A stretch of DNA of 64,000 nucleotides from Planctomycetota bacterium (GTDB lineage: Bacteria; Planctomycetota; UBA8108; SXIK01): positions 2,592,001 to 2,656,000 of the forward strand of contig CBDCXR010000004.1 of assembly GCA_965223845.1 (NCBI GenBank), written 5' to 3'. Each line of letters starts with the position of its first letter. Position 1 is the first letter of the stretch. Positions 8,057 through 15,804 of the stretch are shown here, piece after piece. The notes under the pieces are model-generated. The model was given only the letters and a program-made list of their open reading frames with translations. It ran no database searches and was not told the DNA's origin. A program made the position numbers and the translations under genes.

Positions 8057-10933
8057 TTAGCTCTCGCCGGATGGGCGGTCGTCCGCCGGTCCGTCCGACT
8101 CGAGGACGATGTTGACGAGCCGCTGCGGAACGGCCACCACCTTGCGGATCCGGCGGGGCCCCACGATCTCGCGGATGATGTCTCGCTGGAGTGCGCTCGC
8201 TTCGAGCTTCTCCGCCTTCCAGTCGGCGGAGGTTTCCATGCGATCGCGGATCTTACCGTTCACCAACACCGGGACGACGACGTCGTCGGGTTGGACGAGC
8301 TCTTCGCTCGCCTGGGGCCACTCTTCATCCTCGACGCTCGACTCTTCCCCGAGCTTCTTCCACATCTCCTCGGCGAAATCGGGAACGAGCGGAGTGAGGA
8401 GGATGACGAGAGTCCGGAGCGCGGCGGAGTCCATCTCTTCGATCGTGGTCTCTTTCTGGCCGAGGAATCGGACGAAGTGACACACCGCCGCGATCGCCGT
8501 GTGGATCTGCAGCCGATCGAGACGACGACTCACGGAATCGATGAGTCGGTGCTTCGCGACGAGCATCCGCTGCGAGACGAACTTCCCGTGCTCGTGCCGC
8601 CGGAGGATCTCGCGCCGGACGCGATCGAGAAGCTTCCGCTTGTGGAAGACGCCATGCTCGTCGGCCGTTACGGGGCGGTGGAGTGCGCCGAGCGACAAGA
8701 CGTGCAGGCGAACCGCGTCCGCGCCGTACTTCCGGATCCACTCCATCCAGTCCGGCTCCTCTCCGGACGTGGAACGGACGCGAGCGATGCGCTGGTAGCG
8801 ATGGAACGGCTCGTACACGGGGCATTCGCCGAGGTCGTAGAGGATCTTCGCGATGAGTCGCACGGCGAGCAAATCGCGTGCGGTGAGCGAATCGGGGCCG
8901 AACGTCATGCTGATCGGAAGCGGCGCGAAGCCGTGCTCTTCGCTGAGAAAGGGATGGAGCTTCTTCGGTTCGTCCGCCGAGGGCGCGCGACGCCGATTCG
9001 CCCGGCGACGTCGATCCCGTCGCTCGCTGGCCGGCTCGTTCTCGGGCGCCGCGACCGACGTAGCGGTCTCGCTTCGTTCGGGTTCGACCTCCGCGCCATC
9101 GCCAGACCCCGGAGACTCCACCCGCGAAGGCTCGTCGCCATCGTCCGGTGGAGGCGGATCGTCCGGTGGCGACGGATCGTCCGGCCCTCTCGCGCCGCTC
9201 TCCGTCTCGCGCGAGGCATCGCCATCGTCGGGATTCTCGCGGTCTTCGCTCGAACGAGGTTCGCCCGGATCGTCCGCGTCTCCCACCGCGCCGTTCTCGT
9301 CACCGGGCGGCGATGCGGGTTCGGGGGCGGAGGTCGGATCCTTCGCCTCTTCGAGTTCCTCCGCGGCCTCGGGATGACTCTCCTCCTCCACCGCGCGCAG
9401 TTCGGGTTCACCTCCCGGTTCTCGACTCTCGGCAGAACCGTCCGTCTCGGCTTCGTCGTCGCACTGAAGGTCGGACTCGCCGCCGTCCGGCTCGCCCGAG
9501 AGGCGCGCGAACCCTTCGAGCTCGCCGTCGAGATGCGGCGACACCGCGCGCAGGAAGCTCCACGCGCGTCCGAGCCAAGGGAGGATCACTTGCCCGTCGA
9601 GCTCGGACGCCTCGCCGCACTGGGGACAAGGCGCGTGCGTGTCGGCGTCGGGGTCGGCCCGCCGAGGCAAGGCCGCGGTCGGCACCGGTACGGCACCACA
9701 GCGATCGCAGTGGATCACCGGGATCGGTGCACCGCGCGAAAACCTTCCCGACAGCGGTAGTCGACGAAAGCGAAAACGGGTGACGCGGCGGCAGATCCCG
9801 CGGCGACCGAGGAAGGCGATGATCCGATCGCGCCCCACTTTGACGGCGAGGCTCGTGAACGGTCCGGAGTTCGTCAGAACACCGTCGCCCGTCCAGGCTT
9901 CCGTGAGGCGGCTCGCGGAGTCGAACTTGGCGGCATCGTTGTGAATCACCTCGCGAATCGGGAGCCGCATCTCCTTCGCGAGACGGAAGAGCTCGGGATC
10001 GTGACCCGGAACACCCATCACGACCCCGTCGCTGTACGCGTTGTCCGCGAGCGGGCTCAATAGGATCGGGATGCGCTTGAGCGTCGCCGGATTGATCGCG
10101 AATCCGCCCGTGTGGGTCGCCGATCGTCGCGGGGCGTCGTGACGACGAAGGCGATCGCGATACTTCTCGACCTCGTCGGTGTACGCCCAATCGATGAGCT
10201 CGTCGGCGAGCGGGTTGAACGGACTGACGAGGAGAAACGTCGCCCCGTAGATCGCTTCGCACTGCGTCGTGAAAACGCGCAGCTCCGAGTATTCCGTCTC
10301 AAAGGGACGCGACACCGCAAACGTGATCTCGACGCCGCGCCGCCGCGTGAGGAACTGTCGCTGCCGCGTGCGAAGCTGCGGCGTCCAGCGCGCCTTGTCG
10401 ATGTCGCCGAGAAGGCGCTCGCCGAACGGCTCCGACCAGAGGTACCACCGGGACACGACGCGATCTTCGAACGTGCCGCCGCAGTGGGGACAGTCGAGGT
10501 AGCGGCCCGTGGGCGCCTCGAGCGCGCAGCTCGTACACACGCTTCGGTTCTGCGTGACGTAGCGCGCGAGTCCACGCTCGAGGAGCTGGATGAAGACCCA
10601 CTGCGAAAGCCGGTAGTACGGGGGCGCCGAGGTATCGAAGATGTCGCTCGGTGGCGTGAGTCGAAGCGAAGCGATGAGTTCGGTGAGAAAGCGACGGCCA
10701 CCGTCTTCGTCACCCCCGCTCTCGGCGCCGCCTTCCGCCTCGCGCCCGTCGGCGAACCCGTCGCTCGCCTGGACTAGGAACACCTCGCGCCCGCGGAGAC
10801 GCTGGAAGCGGACCCAGACGTCGGTCGCGAACCAGCGGCGGATGAGATCGCCGTCGAGTTTCCCCGCCCCTTCGCTCCGGGGAACGGGCCAGGCGAAAAC
10901 GGAATGTCTCCCCTTCGGTGAACTGCTCGGCAT
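8057..10933 (-). CDS. Leucyl-tRNA synthetase-like protein with degenerate catalytic and editing motifs (probable pseudoenzyme)
   Basis: Colinear with bacterial LeuRS along its length (YYRLSQWVFIQL, VFTT..YGATF, AINP, GAPIPVIHC, KILYDLG, KYGADAVRL, LLTPLVPDFAEEMW, VLVNGKIRD, KVVAVPQRLVNIV), but no HIGH or KMSKS. GAGGAG RBS; uninterrupted 958 aa. Confidence 0.88.
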   Translation of the reverse strand: MPSSSPKGRHSVFAWPVPRSEGAGKLDGDLIRRWFATDVWVRFQRLRGREVFLVQASDGFADGREAEGGAESGGDEDGGRRFLTELIASLRLTPPSDIFDTSAPPYYRLSQWVFIQLLERGLARYVTQNRSVCTSCALEAPTGRYLDCPHCGGTFEDRVVSRWYLWSEPFGERLLGDIDKARWTPQLRTRQRQFLTRRRGVEITFAVSRPFETEYSELRVFTTQCEAIYGATFLLVSPFNPLADELIDWAYTDEVEKYRDRLRRHDAPRRSATHTGGFAINPATLKRIPILLSPLADNAYSDGVVMGVPGHDPELFRLAKEMRLPIREVIHNDAAKFDSASRLTEAWTGDGVLTNSGPFTSLAVKVGRDRIIAFLGRRGICRRVTRFRFRRLPLSGRFSRGAPIPVIHCDRCGAVPVPTAALPRRADPDADTHAPCPQCGEASELDGQVILPWLGRAWSFLRAVSPHLDGELEGFARLSGEPDGGESDLQCDDEAETDGSAESREPGGEPELRAVEEESHPEAAEELEEAKDPTSAPEPASPPGDENGAVGDADDPGEPRSSEDRENPDDGDASRETESGARGPDDPSPPDDPPPPDDGDEPSRVESPGSGDGAEVEPERSETATSVAAPENEPASERRDRRRRANRRRAPSADEPKKLHPFLSEEHGFAPLPISMTFGPDSLTARDLLAVRLIAKILYDLGECPVYEPFHRYQRIARVRSTSGEEPDWMEWIRKYGADAVRLHVLSLGALHRPVTADEHGVFHKRKLLDRVRREILRRHEHGKFVSQRMLVAKHRLIDSVSRRLDRLQIHTAIAAVCHFVRFLGQKETTIEEMDSAALRTLVILLTPLVPDFAEEMWKKLGEESSVEDEEWPQASEELVQPDDVVVPVLVNGKIRDRMETSADWKAEKLEASALQRDIIREIVGPRRIRKVVAVPQRLVNIVLESDGPADDRPSGES

Positions 10934-11097
10934 CGCTCCTCGAAATCCGGGGCCCGGCGATCGCCCGACCGGCTTGAAACGCGGCGGGGAATGCGTGTAG
11001 GGCCTTGCCCCATCGGCACTTCCACCTAGTCGGCGGCGCGGGAATGGAAGGGGCGAAGATATAGCGGAAGGAGAGGGTGTTCAATGCAAAAACAACC

Positions 11098-11125
11098 TTG
11101 ACAGCTAGACGGCGTCCTCTATGAT
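11098..11125 (+). promoter_or_regulatory. Sigma70-type promoter of tRNA-Ala
   Basis: TTGACA-N16-TATGAT about 70 nt upstream of the tRNA. Confidence 0.7.
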
Positions 11126-11195
11126 TCCTATCCCTAAAGCCGGACGCAGAACGCCTTTACCGCGTCTCGCCCCGCCCGGATCACCGGCCCGATGA

Positions 11196-11271
<76 letters not shown>

Positions 11272-11285
11272 CCGACGGACGAACG

Positions 11286-11314
11286 AGAGCGAGCCTCGAG
11301 CTCGCTCTTTTTTT
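11286..11314 (+). terminator. Intrinsic terminator after tRNA-Ala
   Basis: AGAGCGAGC-ctcga-GCTCGCTCT followed by a T-tract. Confidence 0.85.
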
Positions 11315-11405
11315 GTTCGATCGGTCGCGTTGGTGGCGATTCGAATTGCGACGCCGCACGCCACCGTCCCTCACCGTACGTGCGGCTGGATCTGGGGAGT
11401 TCCCG

Positions 11406-13667
11406 ATGGTTCTAAAGTTCTCGCTGCACGCCGCGCTGGTCTCGCTCGTCTGGGCGCTGAGCTCGCTCGGCGCGCTCGCTTCGCCACCCGGAGACGGTCC
11501 GGACATTTCCTTTCTCCCCGTTCTCGATTCCTCCTCGTCGGCGCCGGCCGCGGTCGATTACCTCGTCGCGAAGCCGGCGCGACGCGCCGAGGTGTTTCGG
11601 AGCGAAGACGGCCGCGAACTCATCCTGACGAACGGACTCGTCCGGAGAGTCTGGCGCGTACGCCCGGCGGTCGCCTGCGTCGCTTTCGACGAGCTCCGAT
11701 CGAGCCGATCGATTCTCCGCGCGGTCCGACCGGAGGCGCGCCTCATCATCGACGGTGAAACGGCGACGATCGGCGGACTGGCGGGGCAAGTCAACCACGC
11801 CTATCTCACGCCGGAGGGACTCGACGCCCTCAAACTCGACCCGAGCGCGTACCGCTGCGTTCGCATCTCGGTTGGTGAGCCTCGGCCGCGATTCCCGTGG
11901 CGACGCGTCCGTCACCACGCACCGAACGCGGCCTGGCCTCCGCCGGGAGCCTCGCTTCGCTTCGATTTCGTTCCCCCCGAAGACAACACGGCGCTCGCCG
12001 GTGTCGTGGTCTCGGTCCACTACGAGCTCTACGACGGCGTGCCCGTTCTCAGCAAATGGCTCCGCGTATCCAACGGCACGGAACATGCGATCGATGTCGA
12101 TCGGTTCACCCTCGAGATTCTGGCCGTCGTCGAACACGACAATCCGGTCGAGCTCCGCGCAGGAGTGGATCCGCTCCCGCCGGATTCACTCCACGTCGAG
12201 ACGGACTACGCGTTCGGCGGGTTCACCCACCGGAACGCGGCGCGCTTCAGCGTGAGCTGGCGTGCGGATCCGGCGTATCACACGCAGGTCAACTGGGCGA
12301 AGCAGACGCCCTGCCTCCTCGTCGTCGAGCCGACGCGCGGACCGGATCAAACGGTGCCGCCCGGCGAGGTGTTCGAATCGTTCCGCGCCTTCGAGCTCGT
12401 GCACGACTCAAGCGAGCGGGAACGCCGCGGCCTCGCGTTGCGCCGCATGTACCGCACGATCGCGCCGTGGGTCACCGAGAACCCGCTGATTCTCCACGTC
12501 GTGAGCACGGACCCAGACATCGTGCGGCGCGCGATCGACCAAGCGGCGGAGTGCGGGTTCGAGATGGTGAGCCTGAGCTTCGGAAGCGGGCTCAACATGG
12601 AAGACGGATCGGACGAGAACCTCGAGAAGTTTCGCGCTCTCTCCGCGTACGCGGCGGAGCGCGGAATCCATCTCGGAGGGTATTCCCTCCTGTCGAGTCG
12701 ACGCGTGAAGCCCGACGGTGACAACTGCATCCATCCCGAGACCGGAAAGCCCGGCGGACAGACACACGGCTACTGTCCCGCACTCGCCTCGGCCTGGGGA
12801 CAGAGCTACCTGAAGAAGCTCCGCGCGTTTTACGAACGGACCGGGTTTCTTCAGTTCACACACGACGGATCGTACCCCGGCGACTTCGACGCCGCGGCGC
12901 GGCCACCGCTTCAGAAGGGCCTCGACGACTCCCAGTGGGTTCAGTGGCGCGAGATCACGAGCTTCTATCGCTGGCTTCGGTCTCGAGGAGTGTATCTCCG
13001 CGTCCCCGATTACTATTTTCTGAGTGGAAGCAACGAATGCGGTATGGGCTACCGCGAAGTGAACTGGTCCCTCCCGCGCGATCAGCAAGTCATCCACACA
13101 AGGCAGAACATCTTCGACGGAACCTGGGAGAAAACGCCGTCGATGGGCTGGATGTTCGTTCCGCTCACGCAGTACCACGGCGGCGGCGCGGCGGCGACGA
13201 TCGAGCCTCTCGATCAACACATCGAGCACTACGAGCGAATGCTCACGAGCAACCTCGGACTCGGTGTGCAGGCGGTCTACCGCGGGCACCGTCTGTACGA
13301 CACTGATCGCGTGCGCGATCTCGTGACGCGCTGGGTCGCTTGGTACAAGGAGCACCGGTCGATCCTCGAGTCCGATCTCGTCCACGGGCGGCGCGCTGAC
13401 GGTCGTGACCTCGACTGGATGCTCCACGTCGGGCCCGATCTCGAGACGAAGGGGATGCTCGTCGTCTACAACCCGCTGCCGAAGCCACGTCGGCGGACGA
13501 TTTCCGTGCCGCTCTACTACACCGGGATCGCGGAGAAAGCGCGCATCACATCGGATCTCGGCGACGAGACCGATCACGCGCTCGACCGCACGCACCGCGT
13601 CGCACTCGACGTCGAAGTTCCCGCGCGCGCCATGCGCTGGTTCGCCATCCGGAGCGCCGACGAGTGA
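11406..13667 (+). CDS. Secreted putative glycoside hydrolase (alpha-galactosidase-like TIM barrel)
   Basis: Signal peptide; motifs APWVTENP, GFEMVSLSFGSG, HDGSYPGD, MGYREVNWSLPR, QYHGGG match a family I recall being annotated alpha-galactosidase in PVC/Bacteroidota. Substrate unverified. Confidence 0.65.
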   Translation: MVLKFSLHAALVSLVWALSSLGALASPPGDGPDISFLPVLDSSSSAPAAVDYLVAKPARRAEVFRSEDGRELILTNGLVRRVWRVRPAVACVAFDELRSSRSILRAVRPEARLIIDGETATIGGLAGQVNHAYLTPEGLDALKLDPSAYRCVRISVGEPRPRFPWRRVRHHAPNAAWPPPGASLRFDFVPPEDNTALAGVVVSVHYELYDGVPVLSKWLRVSNGTEHAIDVDRFTLEILAVVEHDNPVELRAGVDPLPPDSLHVETDYAFGGFTHRNAARFSVSWRADPAYHTQVNWAKQTPCLLVVEPTRGPDQTVPPGEVFESFRAFELVHDSSERERRGLALRRMYRTIAPWVTENPLILHVVSTDPDIVRRAIDQAAECGFEMVSLSFGSGLNMEDGSDENLEKFRALSAYAAERGIHLGGYSLLSSRRVKPDGDNCIHPETGKPGGQTHGYCPALASAWGQSYLKKLRAFYERTGFLQFTHDGSYPGDFDAAARPPLQKGLDDSQWVQWREITSFYRWLRSRGVYLRVPDYYFLSGSNECGMGYREVNWSLPRDQQVIHTRQNIFDGTWEKTPSMGWMFVPLTQYHGGGAAATIEPLDQHIEHYERMLTSNLGLGVQAVYRGHRLYDTDRVRDLVTRWVAWYKEHRSILESDLVHGRRADGRDLDWMLHVGPDLETKGMLVVYNPLPKPRRRTISVPLYYTGIAEKARITSDLGDETDHALDRTHRVALDVEVPARAMRWFAIRSADE

Positions 13668-13808
13668 TCCACGAAAAAACGGAGGTGCGTTGAAACACGC
13701 CCCAAATCCCCGCGTCTGATTTTAAAGACCGTGACACTCCGCGCGGGCAGCCTGTTCCTCGGTTCCTCCGATTCGAGCCGCTGACGGTTCAAAAGGAAAT
13801 CGCCTCAG

Positions 13809-14240
13809 ATGGTCGACCCGGGAACGATCGGAGCCATGACCGCAGCGAACGCAGCGGCAGCGGCTCACGCAGCAGCGGAGCGAGCCCAGGAGGAGGAAGA
13901 ACTGTTGACCCCGTACGACGATGATCCCTCCGCGAGAGATTGGGAGTACAAGATCCTGCGCGCGAACACGGGTGTGTTCAGGAACCCACAAGAACTGAGG
14001 CGGCACCTCGACGAAGAGTCCCAAGCCGGTTGGGAGCTCGTCGAGAAATTCGACGACGCGCGCATCCGTCTCCGGCGCCTCCGGAGCGCCGGGGCCGATG
14101 ACCATCTCCTCTCGTTCGACGCGTACCGAAGTCGTCTCGGGTTTTCCCAGACGAAGCTCGCGCTCTTCACCGTCTTCGGAATCCTCGCCATCGTCTTGAT
14201 CGCCGCGATCGCGATCGCGATCGTGGCCGCAGGCGGCTGA
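13809..14240 (+). CDS. Small membrane protein, DUF4177-like domain
   Basis: WEYKIL...LDEESQAGWELV motif plus a C-terminal TM helix. Confidence 0.7.
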   Translation: MVDPGTIGAMTAANAAAAAHAAAERAQEEEELLTPYDDDPSARDWEYKILRANTGVFRNPQELRRHLDEESQAGWELVEKFDDARIRLRRLRSAGADDHLLSFDAYRSRLGFSQTKLALFTVFGILAIVLIAAIAIAIVAAGG

Positions 14241-14308
14241 TTCAGACCATTCAGACGACGCGTGGCGAGCGAGACCGGCACGCCGACCGGCGTGCACTAC
14301 GCCCGCTT

Positions 14309-15787
14309 CTACGCGAGAATCGATTCGATCACGCTCCCGTGTACGTCGGTGAGTCGGCGGTCGATCCCGTTGTGGCGCACGGAGAGTCGAGTGTGATCGA
14401 TTCCGAGAAGGTGGAGCACGGTCGCGTGGAGGTCGTAACTCCAAATCGGCTCGCGCGCCTTCCACCCCCACTCGTCGCTCTCCCCGTGCGCGACGCCACC
14501 GCGAACTCCACCGCCGGCGAGCCAAGTGACAAACGTTCCCGCGTTGTGGTCGCGTCCGGCTTGCCCCTGGCTGAACGGCATCCGGCCGAACTCGGTCGTC
14601 CAGATGACGAGAGTATCGTCGAAGAGCCCGCGGCTCTTCAGGTCTTCTAGGAGCCCTGCGATCGGACGATCCGTCTGGGCCGCCATGCGCGGAAGCTCGC
14701 CCCGGATGTTCGCGTGATTGTCCCAGTTGTCCTTCGGACCACCCGCGCCGCTCCACACCTGGACGAAGCGGACTCCGCGCTCGACCATCCTTCGCGCAAG
14801 AAGGCAGCGAAGGCCGAAGTCGCGCGTGGGGTCCGAGTCGATGCCGTAAAGGCGGCGCGTCGCGCGTGTCTCGCGCGAGAGATCGAAGAGCTCCGGTGCG
14901 GCGAGCTGCATTCGCGCGGCGAGCTCGTAGGACTCGAGGCGGGCAGCGAGTCCGGGATGATGCGGAGCGGCGTGCAAGCGTCGTTCGTCGAGCCAGCGAA
15001 GCAGCGCTCGACCGTCGCGCTCGCTCGCCGGGGTGATGAACTCCGCGCCGGGCGGCGGACGCAGGAAGGGAATCGGTTCCTTCTCCGCGTTCGAGATCAC
15101 CGTAGCTTGGTGCTCCGCACCCAGAAACGCGGCGGAGAAGTTGCCGCGATTGTTGTAGGGGAGACCGCGTGCGTCGGGGAGCGCGACGAACGCCGGCAGA
15201 TTCTCGTTCGGGTCACCGAGCGCGTAGGAAATCCAGGCTCCAACACAAGGGAATCCCGGCTCCGTGAAGCCGGTATTCTGCATGTAGCTCGCGAGGCCGT
15301 GGACGTTCGACTTCGACGCCATCGAAAGGAGAAACGCGATGTCGTCGACCTGCGTCGCGACGTGCGGGAACACTTCGCTCACCCACCGGCCACACTCGCC
15401 CCGGCGACGGAACTCAAAGGGACTCTTCAAGACCTTGAATCCCGGGGAGCCGGTCACCGACTCGAGCTGCGCGTTCGCGCCGGGATCGAACCGTCGGCCG
15501 TGGAGCTCCGCGAGGCGCGGCTTGTAGTCGAACGTGTCCATCGGACTCGCGCCGCCGTTCATGAAGAGCTGGATCACACGGCGGACGCGAGGGCGATGAT
15601 GGACCGTTCGTCCAGAGGCCTCCCCTGATCGCGCGACCGCGCGAGACGCTCCGATCGCCGGCGCGCGTCCAAAGAGCGCGGCGACGACGAGCTGCCCGAA
15701 CCCGCCGCCCGCTCCGAGCAGAATGTCTCGCCGCGCAACCGCTCGAGCGCGGCTTGTTTCGACTCTGGTTGGAGGGGCGATGGACAT
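14309..15787 (-). CDS. DUF1501 domain protein (Tat-like signal)
   Basis: RRDILL signal, VIQLFMNGGASPMDTFDYKP, LLARRMVERGVRFVQ, WDNH, EFGRMP, GRDHN, RLTDVHG. Confidence 0.92.
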   Translation of the reverse strand: MSIAPPTRVETSRARAVARRDILLGAGGGFGQLVVAALFGRAPAIGASRAVARSGEASGRTVHHRPRVRRVIQLFMNGGASPMDTFDYKPRLAELHGRRFDPGANAQLESVTGSPGFKVLKSPFEFRRRGECGRWVSEVFPHVATQVDDIAFLLSMASKSNVHGLASYMQNTGFTEPGFPCVGAWISYALGDPNENLPAFVALPDARGLPYNNRGNFSAAFLGAEHQATVISNAEKEPIPFLRPPPGAEFITPASERDGRALLRWLDERRLHAAPHHPGLAARLESYELAARMQLAAPELFDLSRETRATRRLYGIDSDPTRDFGLRCLLARRMVERGVRFVQVWSGAGGPKDNWDNHANIRGELPRMAAQTDRPIAGLLEDLKSRGLFDDTLVIWTTEFGRMPFSQGQAGRDHNAGTFVTWLAGGGVRGGVAHGESDEWGWKAREPIWSYDLHATVLHLLGIDHTRLSVRHNGIDRRLTDVHGSVIESILA

Positions 15788-15804
15788 AGCGCGCGGCTCG
15801 TGCG

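Noticed and set aside
7970-9760. Long antisense or alternate-frame ORFs (also 42962-45268, 54019-56673, 51365-53608, 47664-49553, 33859-35652)
   Set aside because: Shadow ORFs of well-supported genes in high-GC DNA; Arg-rich and without recognisable motifs.
8057-10933. Calling the LeuRS-like gene leuS or a pseudogene
   Set aside because: It lacks HIGH/KMSKS, so it is not a functional leuS; it has no stops or frameshifts and keeps its RBS and structural motifs, so it is not evidently a pseudogene.
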